IMG/VR virus record: IMGVR_UViG_3300036790_000231
Location: 27,256 to 91,255 of that record
Origin: a virus
Reading direction: 5' to 3' (one strand)
DNA length: 64,000 nucleotides
Part shown: positions 9,049 through 19,800 of the stretch, piece by piece
Layout of the letters: every line of letters begins with the position of its first letter
How positions within the stretch are numbered: the stretch's first letter is position 1
The notes under the pieces: generated by a model
Database searches by the model: none
What the model was told of the DNA's origin: nothing
The model's input: the letters and a program-made list of their open reading frames with translations, nothing else
Position numbers and translations under genes: made by a program

Positions 9049-9420
9049 TTATACTAATGGAAATAACTTATTGTCAAAACTAAATACTGTTTCTAAAGTA
9101 ACAGCTAAGCTAATCTCTATTTTTCCTTCCGTATTTATTATAAAATCTCCTATTACTCCACCTATATTTGCATCAATTAATTGTTGCTTTGTTGGATGAT
9201 ATCCTGAAGGTAATTTGGCAATTGCAGCTTCTTTAGATACAGCACCAGATGATTTAATTACGCCTCTTAAATAGACTATTCCATTCGATCCCAATGAACA
9301 TTCTGCATTTGAATATGGTGTTCCTTTATTAGAAATTCCAGTTTCTAATGTAATAGCTTTCCATTCTCCTAAAGAAGAGCTTCCTACTCTAGACCCACCA
9401 GAGCTAGCCATAAAATACAC
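9049..9420 (-). CDS. tail fiber/receptor-binding head-like domain protein
   Basis: NGIVYLRG...IAKLPSGYHP...INTEG..SFDN..F pattern, typical of tail-fiber C-terminal domains. Confidence 0.6.
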   Translation of the reverse strand: MYFMASSGGSRVGSSSLGEWKAITLETGISNKGTPYSNAECSLGSNGIVYLRGVIKSSGAVSKEAAIAKLPSGYHPTKQQLIDANIGGVIGDFIINTEGKIEISLAVTLETVFSFDNKLFPLV

Positions 9421-9763
9421 ATCCTTCGACTTCGCCGCTGACTATTTCCAAATATATTGCATCATTATAAATAGTCGGTGTCTCTACGGGGAAAAAGTCT
9501 CTAGTAGATTCATTACTTTCTAGTGTAATAGTAGTTATGTAATATCCCGCATTAGAAGTTCCATCCCACAGGCGCACCTTTGCCTTTGCATCTCCTGTAG
9601 ACTCTGTTATTGTCCATCCATAAATAGTAGATACTGATTGAACTTTTGCTTCTTCTTCGCCAACTTTCTCATGATTAGGAAGTGGAGTTTCACCAGCTTT
9701 GACCAGCACCGCTGAGGCGGAGATCGCCGGATAGAATGGTGCTCTAAGGGCCTGTGATGCCAT
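9404..9763 (-). CDS. beta-rich probable virion protein
   Basis: ORF in the tail region with its own leader (GGAG RBS). Confidence 0.55.
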   Translation of the reverse strand: MASQALRAPFYPAISASAVLVKAGETPLPNHEKVGEEEAKVQSVSTIYGWTITESTGDAKAKVRLWDGTSNAGYYITTITLESNESTRDFFPVETPTIYNDAIYLEIVSGEVEGCVFYG

Positions 9764-9865
9764 CTTGTCTCCGAGTCGTTCGTTTAGATCTCTGTACTAC
9801 TGAGGAGTCTACCTCATTTCGGCCCGTTCTGGAGAATTTGTAAGATAACAACTATTTAGATAAAT

Positions 9866-10792
9866 TCATGTGGGAGAAATAACATTAAAAGAGAATGAGC
9901 AATTTTTCAATACGCCTATTTCCTTATAAATATAAACAACAAACAAACCTTTTTCAGTAAATGTAACGGCATGATAATCAACACCTGCCGCTCTTGGCGT
10001 GGCAACGGCTGAATAAAATTCTGTACTTTTTGCAGTATGCCAAGTAATTTTATAAATTCCAGTTGAAGTTTTTTCTGAGGTGAATTCATTTTCTTGTTCG
10101 CTTAAAATTTCGCCATTTTCTCCAATCACGCCAAAATATGAATATATGCTTCTAGCACCAAATTTTCTACGTACTGTTCCTTCACCTAGCTTTTCACCTG
10201 TAACAGCTCCATCCAAGATAGCTTCACCGTGTATTGATTCTCTTGCATATTTGCTATTAGCAAAAGTTCTTGCATCTTCTATATAATATGAGGACGAAGA
10301 AGATGCATTTTTAGGAACCAACACGCGAGCGCATCTGAAAGAACTTTGAGGCAATGCCGCAGCCCCTTTATATTCTCCATTTTCCATTTTTGTCTTAGTT
10401 GCTTCCGCAGTAGGAGTACCATTCAGCCATTCCAATTTGGCATAGCTAGAACCTCCAATTTTCAATTCATTTACATCATAAACTCTAAGAATAATTTGGG
10501 CTATTTGTGGATTGACAGAACTTACTTCTACATTGTTAGATGGTGTAGCTGATGTAGAATTTGGAATCTCATATAGTCCATTATAAAATGAATTAGATGA
10601 TTCTTGAATAGCATTAGTTTGAGCTACATAGGCATTCCCCTCATTTACGTTAACTTGAAGACCGGTTCCGGCAGTTACTTTATAATCATTTTCTTCGACT
10701 ACTCCTGCATTAACTAAAGTCTTTGCTATTAATCTATCCTGATAGGAAGGATAGAGAAGGTCTTCACAATCAGCAGGCAATAAAATAGACAT
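9866..10792 (-). CDS. minor tail / fiber-base protein
   Basis: GLQVNVNEGNAY...IILRVYD...GTP...LP pattern typical of actinophage minor tail proteins; DGAVTGEKL repeat. Confidence 0.7.
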   Translation of the reverse strand: MSILLPADCEDLLYPSYQDRLIAKTLVNAGVVEENDYKVTAGTGLQVNVNEGNAYVAQTNAIQESSNSFYNGLYEIPNSTSATPSNNVEVSSVNPQIAQIILRVYDVNELKIGGSSYAKLEWLNGTPTAEATKTKMENGEYKGAAALPQSSFRCARVLVPKNASSSSSYYIEDARTFANSKYARESIHGEAILDGAVTGEKLGEGTVRRKFGARSIYSYFGVIGENGEILSEQENEFTSEKTSTGIYKITWHTAKSTEFYSAVATPRAAGVDYHAVTFTEKGLFVVYIYKEIGVLKNCSFSFNVISPT

Positions 10793-10803
10793 TTATTTCC
10801 TCC

Positions 10804-10956
10804 CTATAGTTCTTCTACTTTTTCTTTTAATTTTTTAATTTCTTCATTCTGAACTCTTTGTGTTCTAATTAAAGAGCTAACTAGATTAGTTAGTTTTTTG
10901 TATTCAGATGGAAAATTAGGTTTTACTACGGGTATTTTATGTTCCGGTTCAGACAT
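10804..10956 (-). CDS. small coiled-coil protein (50 aa)
   Basis: MSEPEHKIP...EEIKKLKEKVEEL*, coupled to the upstream gene by TGATG. Below the ORF-track length cutoff. Confidence 0.55.
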   Translation of the reverse strand: MSEPEHKIPVVKPNFPSEYKKLTNLVSSLIRTQRVQNEEIKKLKEKVEEL

Positions 10957-13508
10957 CAGTTAGAATAAGTTGTTTGAATTGAATTAATCTTCTCAGTTCC
11001 ATTATCTTCAATATTAATACTCATTCCATATACCCTTACTGGTTTTGGATTAGACCAAGTACCTACTTTAAATCTAGGACCTCTTTCTATCGTGGTGTAA
11101 ACAAAATCTCCTAATTCATAATCTTCAAATGGGCGCGGCACCGAGGGAATTAGCACGTCCGTATACTCGATGCCCTTCGGTTCAAACGTAACGATAGTAA
11201 AGGGTTTTTCCAGTGTGAGTACCTGGATCGCCGCATAGGCTCTCAGGATCTTGGGTTCTTCTTCTCCAAGTCCATCAACAATAGAAGCCTCTTCCTCAAA
11301 TAGGCCATTTTTCTGAATACTATCGAGTGATTCAGCTTTTTCTACATCATATTGGCCGATGACCTCAAATCTGTTCCTAGTTTTAAGACCTTCACCGGTT
11401 CTTTCCGCGCCAATACAATTACCTGGATATGTAAATCTAATTCCCGGCCCCCTATCTACTCCAAGGCCAGCGATATTTTCTCTTATTGTATTTCTTACTA
11501 TATGCAATTTTCTAGTAAGAGGATCTATATAGAAATCAAATCCTGATTCAATATTACTTAACTTAGTAAACTGTTCGCCAATATTTTGAAATTGATTTAA
11601 GGTAAGAATAATTGAATTAGTAGTTTCAGGAATTTCTCCCATAGTGACATGCGTAGGAACATCAATATTGGCTCTTTCGATTAAATCAGCGCCAATCAAT
11701 CCAAGAGGTACACCAGGATAGCTTCCTGATCCAATAGGATATTCTCCATAAGATATTTCTATCGCCTGTTCCTGACTAAGAGGAGTATATCCGCCAATTC
11801 TACCTTCAGCGACTGCTTTTACCACCATTTCTGTCCACTCTGATCCAGTATGCAACATTCTGGAATTAAAGTTTTGATACCATCCCATCGCTGTTACTTC
11901 TAGTTGATCAGTATTAGAATTAGATATCTCTTTTGCAGTATAAATTGGTCCTGACCAAATCGCTTTACTATTCCTGTAACATACAATTGAGGTAGAATGT
12001 TCTTCTATTAGTGATGCGACAGGATCTAGCAGATGGAGCCAAAAATTTGCTGTTCCTGGCTGATTTAGCATTAATTGTAATTTTCTATCATGCGCGCTAT
12101 TTAATTCAGTAATTTGACTCATATCAGATGTATTTACAAGCCACCAACGCCAATCAACAGTTGCAGTATGTGTATTAGATAAGGTAGGTACAACAATTAC
12201 TAAGGGACCGGTCCTTAATATTTTATTTGTTTCAGGAAATAATTTACTGCTAGTTAATGATAATATAAATTCTGTTGTAACAAGAAAATCTGGTCTTATA
12301 GATAATTTATTATCCTTTAAATCTATTTGAAGTCTACCTTCTACAGTAAAATTAGTTGGTATGTTAATATGTGAGCGTAATCTATAATTGTTTTCTATTT
12401 TGGTTTCAAAAGTAGGATGTACTTGGACATTATTCTTAATATTAGAAATAAAAGATGTTTTAACCTCAAATTTAGAAAGTATATTGACAACCCTATCTAC
12501 AAGATTTATAATTAAATTAGCCGACTCTTCAATATTAATTTTTGCTTTTACAAATGATTTTATTAAATCACTTAGGGCTGATTTAGATTCAAATATAGGA
12601 TTTATTTTTCCAGAAACTTTTATAGAATTAGAAAATTGTACTTTACTTTCGAAAGTAGGTTTAATATTCCCATGAGATTTTATACTTGTAGATAATTCTC
12701 CCTTGCTATTGAAAGTAGATATAAATGGAAATAAATTTTTTACTTTTTCATAGATTCCATAATACGGTTTAAATAATCTTCGTGGAGATCTGTAAGTAGG
12801 TGGCCGATTAAATACATATCTAGGCTGTAATTTGGAAAGGGATTGAGTATTTATTATGAGAGATGATTTCTCTTCATAAATAGATGGAAATTTTATTTGA
12901 GACTTAAATGACTCAGATACAGTAACTGAAGAAGAAAAAGTAGGCTTAATTTCTATAGGACCAATAGCTCCTCCACCAAAGTTATCAGCACGAGAAGTTG
13001 TGCCCGTCATTCCTAACCCAATTTTGCCTGATCCTATTACTGATATATCAGTCTCTTCACCTACTAGAGATAGTTCAGAAAATGTTTTTCCATGCCATGC
13101 TTTTAAATTAGTTCCTTCTATAGTAAAACCAAATACATCACCACTACTAAACGATGTAGCGGTAGTAGAGGCTATAACAGAATAAACACCTTTAATTACT
13201 TTCGCCAGTCTAAGAGTAGAAGATCCTTCAATTTCAAATAAATATAACGATTCAGTCGCCGCCGTATATCTTAGATATAATTCATAATATGTTTTTGTAC
13301 TAATAATTTTTGTTGTTACAAATGAGGCTTGTTTTTCTGAAAATGTTTCTTTCCATAGAGCGCCAGATTCTTCACCAGATTCAATAGAAGCACATTCTTC
13401 ATTGATTATTCTGAGAGCTTTTAGGTTACTAGCGGCTTCCCAATTAGTACCTAAACCGCCATTAGCGCGATTAAATTCATCAAGAACTGTTGAAACAGGA
13501 AAGCTCAT
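10956..13508 (-). CDS. minor tail protein: N-terminal lectin-like domain, repeat linker, C-terminal Tal/gp37-like hub
   Basis: DEFNRANGGLGTNW start; C-terminal LNQPGTANF..IWSGPI..GFDFYI..DYELGD pattern. Confidence 0.7.
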   Translation of the reverse strand: MSFPVSTVLDEFNRANGGLGTNWEAASNLKALRIINEECASIESGEESGALWKETFSEKQASFVTTKIISTKTYYELYLRYTAATESLYLFEIEGSSTLRLAKVIKGVYSVIASTTATSFSSGDVFGFTIEGTNLKAWHGKTFSELSLVGEETDISVIGSGKIGLGMTGTTSRADNFGGGAIGPIEIKPTFSSSVTVSESFKSQIKFPSIYEEKSSLIINTQSLSKLQPRYVFNRPPTYRSPRRLFKPYYGIYEKVKNLFPFISTFNSKGELSTSIKSHGNIKPTFESKVQFSNSIKVSGKINPIFESKSALSDLIKSFVKAKINIEESANLIINLVDRVVNILSKFEVKTSFISNIKNNVQVHPTFETKIENNYRLRSHINIPTNFTVEGRLQIDLKDNKLSIRPDFLVTTEFILSLTSSKLFPETNKILRTGPLVIVVPTLSNTHTATVDWRWWLVNTSDMSQITELNSAHDRKLQLMLNQPGTANFWLHLLDPVASLIEEHSTSIVCYRNSKAIWSGPIYTAKEISNSNTDQLEVTAMGWYQNFNSRMLHTGSEWTEMVVKAVAEGRIGGYTPLSQEQAIEISYGEYPIGSGSYPGVPLGLIGADLIERANIDVPTHVTMGEIPETTNSIILTLNQFQNIGEQFTKLSNIESGFDFYIDPLTRKLHIVRNTIRENIAGLGVDRGPGIRFTYPGNCIGAERTGEGLKTRNRFEVIGQYDVEKAESLDSIQKNGLFEEEASIVDGLGEEEPKILRAYAAIQVLTLEKPFTIVTFEPKGIEYTDVLIPSVPRPFEDYELGDFVYTTIERGPRFKVGTWSNPKPVRVYGMSINIEDNGTEKINSIQTTYSN

Positions 13509-13514
13509 ACCATT

Positions 13515-14096
13515 TTAATTCAAAATCTCTACATACCATTGATAAACCGTCAATAAGTTAGAAGCAGATGAAGCTCCCCATTTAGCCCCTATAGTCAAAA
13601 TTTTTGATTCATCAGTATTTATGGTCGCTTCTCCACCGGTTGAAGTTGTCTCTGGCATCATTGTCGATCCAACTGAAGTAGTTTCAGCCGAAACAGCCTC
13701 AAATCCATCAACAACTCCCTGAGTGATGATCTTTCCAGTTGGGCCTACTGATATCACACGAGAAGTAGCTTCTAAAGCCCAAGATTGATTGCTAACTCCA
13801 GATGAAGTTTTAATAGCTATCGTTTCTGCCAGCGCCACACCAGCTACTCCACCATAGTACAGCCCTAAAATGATAGTTGGAGTACCAGTATTAGAATAAG
13901 TTCCTCTAGCCGTGTATCTTAAAATAGTTCCAGCTTCAAGAGGAGGACAATCCCTGCCTATAGTAAAAGCTTGTCCTAAAGTATTTCCTCCAGGAGATAC
14001 ATCGGTTAAAGTGGTAGATTCTTTATAGACGGTTCCAGTATTTTCCGAACTATATGAAGGAGCGTTAGCTAAAATCTCCCAAGTTTGATTAGCCAT
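13515..14096 (-). CDS. probable virion structural protein
   Basis: T/G/S-rich beta protein within the tail operon. Confidence 0.55.
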   Translation of the reverse strand: MANQTWEILANAPSYSSENTGTVYKESTTLTDVSPGGNTLGQAFTIGRDCPPLEAGTILRYTARGTYSNTGTPTIILGLYYGGVAGVALAETIAIKTSSGVSNQSWALEATSRVISVGPTGKIITQGVVDGFEAVSAETTSVGSTMMPETTSTGGEATINTDESKILTIGAKWGASSASNLLTVYQWYVEILN

Positions 14097-14115
14097 TATG
14101 TTACCTTTCTTTTAC

Positions 14116-14523
14116 CTATGAAAATATGAATTTCGCGCCTTCAACAGGAATATATGGCAAATTATACGTAGTATTAATTATAAATTCACTTAAAACAGTC
14201 CAAGCTATTTGTTCACCAGAGGTTTCTGCCGTTGCTAAACCAGATCCTTTTATTTTAGATTCTCCAGCAGTACATTCAGGAAATTCTATTTTTGCTTCAT
14301 TAACCATATATCCGGCTTCAGTTTCAGTACCTTCAACTATTTTCCATTTGGATGCTTCAACTTTAACTCGTTTATATCCCGTATATGCAGCCTCGGTTCC
14401 AGTAGCAATTCTGGTTGGTTCTGTTGTATATAGAGCAATCCAAGTAGTAGGCAGAACTGGTTGTTCCTTACCTGAAATCCATTTAAGGCCTTTAGTCTCC
14501 CATGCTTTGCTAAGTGATGACAT
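14116..14523 (-). CDS. tail fiber-associated protein
   Basis: WIALYTTEP...EAAYTGYKRV...N..IEFP..T..G pattern of a common tail-fiber family. Confidence 0.65.
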   Translation of the reverse strand: MSSLSKAWETKGLKWISGKEQPVLPTTWIALYTTEPTRIATGTEAAYTGYKRVKVEASKWKIVEGTETEAGYMVNEAKIEFPECTAGESKIKGSGLATAETSGEQIAWTVLSEFIINTTYNLPYIPVEGAKFIFS

Positions 14524-14551
14524 TCATTTTTCTCCTATATTATTTTTGTTT

Positions 14552-15301
14552 TTATGAATAACTTGGTGAATCAAATGTTACTATATGCGAAGTATTTGGA
14601 ACAATTTGTCTAGCTATATTAAAATGATTTTCTATCTCTTTTGATGAAAGGGCTCCCGCATATATGGCTACCTCAGATATATATCCTATGAATTCTTTAA
14701 GTGATAAAGATTCCAAGCTTGAGGTTCCTATATATACAGGTTCCCCTCCATCAGAAATTGTATGGCTACCAACATTAATTGATACTATTTCTTTTCCATC
14801 TATGAATATAGACATTTTCCCTTCAAATAGTCTACCTACTACATGATAAGGAATTCCTTCTAATAATTTTCTACTAACTAAAGTAATTTCTTCAGTTCCA
14901 TTTCCTACACCAAAATATATATGACCAGAAGATAATCCCAATATATATGGATTAGCGAATTTATTATTGGTCTTACCTACAATTATAGAAGAATGATTAG
15001 CATTGCCAGATACAATAAATGCCTCTATTGTTATATTGGAAATGATACGTAACGGAGCAGCATCAGATATTTCCACATTTTGATCAGTCCCCTTAATTCC
15101 GAAACACGCCGATCCAGCCGTAGTATCATAAATAAGTGCTTGATATCCCAGTGGGAGAGGAGTGCCATCATAAATACCATTAAGTCCATATTTAGAAGCA
15201 CGATCATATGCACGTGTTCCATTTTTCTCATTCAATCTCCAATATCCAACTATAAAGGGATTGCGGCGTATGGTAGCAAAATACGATGTAGGAATTGTCA
15301 T
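14552..15301 (-). CDS. LamG/ConA-like jelly-roll virion protein
   Basis: GYWRLNE..GT.AYD, YHVVG, IFIDG and ISEVAIY..ALS..EI..H. Confidence 0.8.
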   Translation of the reverse strand: MTIPTSYFATIRRNPFIVGYWRLNEKNGTRAYDRASKYGLNGIYDGTPLPLGYQALIYDTTAGSACFGIKGTDQNVEISDAAPLRIISNITIEAFIVSGNANHSSIIVGKTNNKFANPYILGLSSGHIYFGVGNGTEEITLVSRKLLEGIPYHVVGRLFEGKMSIFIDGKEIVSINVGSHTISDGGEPVYIGTSSLESLSLKEFIGYISEVAIYAGALSSKEIENHFNIARQIVPNTSHIVTFDSPSYS

Positions 15302-16872
15302 CCTAAAAATCCATATTCATAATAAACGGCTAGCAAAGATTTTTCTCCAAATCCTTTTCCAGTTATGTAAATGTCATTCCACATTGGCTCCAAAACTATC
15401 CAAGCAGAGCTAGAGGATGAGAAATTTTCCAGCTTATTACTTCCATTTGAATTTACTAATGTCTTTCTTTTTCCACATTCAAAGATTAAATAATCATTTT
15501 CAGCAACAGGAGCATTGTAGTAAACTTCTAAATTATTAGTTAAATTGGATATTAGAATACTTTCAAATGGTCCATATATAACAAATACAGGCTCTACGAA
15601 AGTCTTTCCTCTATTGCATATACTAAGAATATTGTTATCTTGAATAACAGTAGATCCAATAAATTTTCTATATCCTCTTGGATAACTACGCGGATACGAT
15701 CTACCAAGCAAAGGCGATTCTGAATTATTTGGAATTAGAAAATTACTTAATTGAGCTGTAGAAAATGCGCGAAAATCAGAAGATTTAAGAACCACTTGAA
15801 ATGGCCTTTTTATCTTATTAATAGTTGTTTGTTCCTCTTTAATTTGAGGAGGAGTAATACATCTACAATTAAACTCTACATCGCCAGGATAAATAGATTC
15901 AATTCTATATTCATCAAAATTCCATAAAACATCTTTTTGGTCCCCTCCAAATCCAACTTGGGATACTATTTCTTCTCCAAATAAATCTGCATACGATCCT
16001 CCTAAATCATAAAATGCCATAATAGAAGGAACATTGTTATCAGATGGCTTTTCTTTCCAAAACTCAATAGACAATCTGTTATCTATTTTTTTACCTCTCA
16101 AATAAAATAATTCACCTATTTCAGGGCGCAAATTTTCTGGAAGTGCAATTTTTTCTAATTCTTTTACTTCATTTTCTATTATAATCAATATTGATAAAAA
16201 CGGCTCCCCTTCATTGTCATTATATAAAACTTTTGCAAAATTTTCATCATCCTTAACTGAAAACACATACCCGAATGTGGATTCTGATTTAGACCCTCTG
16301 ATAATTTTTATCGTTGACTGAACATTACCAAATACACGTTTCTCAGAAGCTCTAATAAGATAATTTTCACCAGCTTTGCTCCACGATAAAAATCCATTAT
16401 TAACTTCTAGATTAGAATTAGAACCAATTAATGCTTCATAATTTCCAGATCCCAAAGAAGCAATAGGGCTATATGGTAAAATAGTTTGTGCTTCATCAAA
16501 ATTATCATATATATCGAACCATTTAAACTTTAGAGAAGATTCTACCAATGGTGCATAAGCAGCAAGAAAATCACCTTTCAGCTGATTATATACTTGCAAA
16601 CTCCCTGTTTCTATGTTACCAGTAAGGGTAATTACTCTTCCATTATAAAAAGCATCATAAACAAATTCATTATGTTGGGCTGGTCGGGGCTCGCGTCCTT
16701 CTCTTACTTCAGAGCTATCCAATCCAGTAATACCTGTAACTCTTATTAAATCTGATTGATAACGATCGTTGATTATATACCCATTATATTCTATAAATGC
16801 TTGAACTCCAAAGGATAATGGAGAATTCCAAGGCTGTTCTAAATGCCCATATCTAAGATTGGCTACTGTCAT
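15298..16872 (-). CDS. distal tail protein (Dit) with an inserted carbohydrate-binding-like domain
   Basis: Directly follows the tape measure gene. GRVITLTG, YPRSYP, NRG..VEPVFVIYGP and LEP.WNDI motifs, with a ~200-aa central insertion. Confidence 0.7.
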   Translation of the reverse strand: MTVANLRYGHLEQPWNSPLSFGVQAFIEYNGYIINDRYQSDLIRVTGITGLDSSEVREGREPRPAQHNEFVYDAFYNGRVITLTGNIETGSLQVYNQLKGDFLAAYAPLVESSLKFKWFDIYDNFDEAQTILPYSPIASLGSGNYEALIGSNSNLEVNNGFLSWSKAGENYLIRASEKRVFGNVQSTIKIIRGSKSESTFGYVFSVKDDENFAKVLYNDNEGEPFLSILIIIENEVKELEKIALPENLRPEIGELFYLRGKKIDNRLSIEFWKEKPSDNNVPSIMAFYDLGGSYADLFGEEIVSQVGFGGDQKDVLWNFDEYRIESIYPGDVEFNCRCITPPQIKEEQTTINKIKRPFQVVLKSSDFRAFSTAQLSNFLIPNNSESPLLGRSYPRSYPRGYRKFIGSTVIQDNNILSICNRGKTFVEPVFVIYGPFESILISNLTNNLEVYYNAPVAENDYLIFECGKRKTLVNSNGSNKLENFSSSSSAWIVLEPMWNDIYITGKGFGEKSLLAVYYEYGFLG

Positions 16873-19800
16873 GGCGCTGTAGGACTCTGACCGATTTGAT
16901 GAGAAAGTTCCTCACTAAACAATTGTGGATCTGCTACCTCGACAGGATGAGTAAGATTCAAGTTTTCTATCATAGTCGAGGACGAAGCACCTGGAGCGGC
17001 TGAACCATATACTGGCATATTTTCTGGTCGCATGCTGGCCGGGAGAGAAGCTGCATAAGCAGGTAACATACCGCCCATTCCATTGAAGAATGCTCCTCTA
17101 TATTGTTCCCATGCAGTAGTAGAAAAAGATTGTGGCTGATTTAAATGACCATTTAATTCGGCCATTTTCTCAGTATTCTGTTCAGTGGCTAAAGAATTTG
17201 TCTCAAGTTGACTGACAAGAGAACGCATAGTTTCTTTTTCTTTTTCTGTATGAGCAGAAGATTCGAGTCCCTTTATAGTTTGCTGTCCTTCTGAAGAAGC
17301 AAACCAAGTAAGAATTTCTTGAGAACTCATTCCGGCCACTTTCCCTAGGCCGACTCCGCTAGCAGTAGCCTCTAATTGGCTTCTTTCTGTTCCTAAAGCT
17401 CCTGCTTCGCCTTCGGTAGCAGACTTCAAGGCTTTGACATTCGTAACCCCTGTAATTTTCCCTACAGTTTCAATCCCCTGCGCGAGATTTGAGTAGATAC
17501 TTTTATTGAATGATCCAGAAGCCTCTATTCCCTTTACCAAAAGTTCTACTGTTGCAGCAGTATTATTTTGTAAGGCTAATCTATTTTCTTCAAGTTGTTC
17601 AGTATTTTTATTTATCTCTTCAATAAAGTGAGCTTCTTCCGATATAGCGCCAGAGGAATGAGCTTGCTGCTTAAGTTCCAATAGCTTAATACGTTCAGAT
17701 TCCAAATCACCTTGTTTCATTATCAAAGCACTTTGTTCATATTCTCCAGCTTCCTTGTTATTTCCTCTTTCAGCGGCTATCTTTGACTTAGATTGTAGTA
17801 AAGAAACTTCAGATTGTTTAGAAGATGATTCTTGTTCCATTTGCGACTTAGCAGAAGTAATTTGTTCGACTACAGCATTTGTAACAATTTGTTTCAAGCC
17901 AGATATTTCCTCCTTAATCGAAGCAACTCTAGAAGATTCTCCTTCTCTTTCAGCTTCATGTAGGACATTTTCTAATTGTACAATATATCCAGTCGTCGTA
18001 GAAATTATCTGCTGATCCATTTCCTTGACCTTGACAAAATTCCCTAAAGCTTGAGCAATTCCCTGTTCAGAAGTAATACCACTCTCAGTTTCTTGATAAG
18101 CTTGATTAACTTCAGATTGTAGTGCATTTATTCTTTCCATAGCAGCAGTTGCTATTGTTTGATTCAAACTAGCGATACTCTGTTTAATAGTATTAACCTC
18201 TTCCGTATTGCCAATTTTTTCTGCTTCCTTAAGAGGCTTTTGAAGATTTTGTATTTGCTTATTAGCAGAAGCAGCTATTTGCTTATTCAAAACTTGAACT
18301 TGACCATACTGGCCCTTAGATTGAGCCGTACTCTCTTGAGAAGTTTGTTCTTGAGATATTACGTTATATGATGATTCTAATTTAGATACTTGATCTTGTA
18401 TTTGCTGCGTTTGATCGCTATATCTATTTTCTATATTTTCTGACATAGCCTTAGATAGATTGTCTTGTTCTTCTATTAATTTATTATAACGAGCCCTTAA
18501 ATTATTCAAAGCCGCTGTACGCTTAGGACTGCTCTTCTCAGTTTCTACATGACTAACTTGACTCATAGTCTCATTTTTGAGCTGATTTATCTTGCCCAAT
18601 TCTTTTTTCATATCCTGAGATTCTTTCTCCATGGTTCTAATATCTAATCCCTCAGTTCCAGGTTCGCCAATTACTCTTTTAACAATTTTCCCTTTAGAAG
18701 AAAACACCTTTTGTATATTAGAAGAAGTCGATAATTCGGTTCTCTTTTCTCTACCAGTTTTCATCTTTTCTAGGAGCCCATTGGCAGCCCCTATTTCATT
18801 AGAAAATTCTTCAATATATTTATCATATTTTCCACTTTCTGAGCTGAATTTTTTTATTCCTTTAAATGCTTTACTTAATGATTTAAAGAACTTTTGAATA
18901 TTAGAAAATTCAGCTTGTTCATTAGGATTCATTTCAAGAAGCGTAGGCATGAATCTGGCTATGCTACTACTTATTGCGTTGCTGCTGCTGGATGCTTGAG
19001 CAGAAGACCCAATAACTCGCGGTATGCCACCATCAGCAAAATGTTGTCTCGGGGAAGAAGAGTTGAATCCCATGTGACTATCTAAACCACTTGGCGATGT
19101 TCCAGCCAAACGAGCTGCCTCACTATATTGGGAAGGATTCATAATTCTCTCACCCTCATGAGCAATGATTGGAACTGGAGAACCACCCCACGGCGCGCGT
19201 CCGCCAGAAGCAAATTCTTTCAATCTTTTTACCGCTCCTCCAGAAGCCATAAATTTTAGATAATCTCCACTTACAAAAGTTTCCCATGCTCCTAGTCCTT
19301 GGGAAGCAAGAATCTTTATAGCTCCAATTGTATTAGCAATAGGATTCTTTGCATTCCCTCCAGGAACATCAGCAGCATTCATTGGCATCTCAATTTGATA
19401 CAAACCCTCTGCGTGTGAACCTTCATCTGAAACAGGGCTTTCAGCTAATGGATTGCCAGCAGACTCAGCCAATGAAATAGCAGCCATAATTCTTGCCATT
19501 CCTCTAGGACCACCCTCTTTATCCCAGAGATTTTCTAATCTACTTCTATTATAACTTCCACCAGCAGAACTAGATGTTTCTATTCCGGCACCAGAAGATT
19601 CACCTAATTTTTCTAAGAATTGATTAGCCGCACCAGTTGCCGTATTCAAGGCACCTTGAACAACTTTCCCAATTAATGCTCCACCTTTGACTTTAGGAGC
19701 AACAATTTGCTGAAGCAATCCTAATGCTCCCCCACCTTTTCCGGCAGAAGCTTGTACTGCACTTATAAATGAGGCTGCTCCCTTACCCTTACCAATATCA

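Noticed and set aside
9049-13508. Diversity-generating retroelement or invertible tail-fiber cassette
   Set aside because: No reverse transcriptase, invertase or TR/VR repeat pair was seen in the window.
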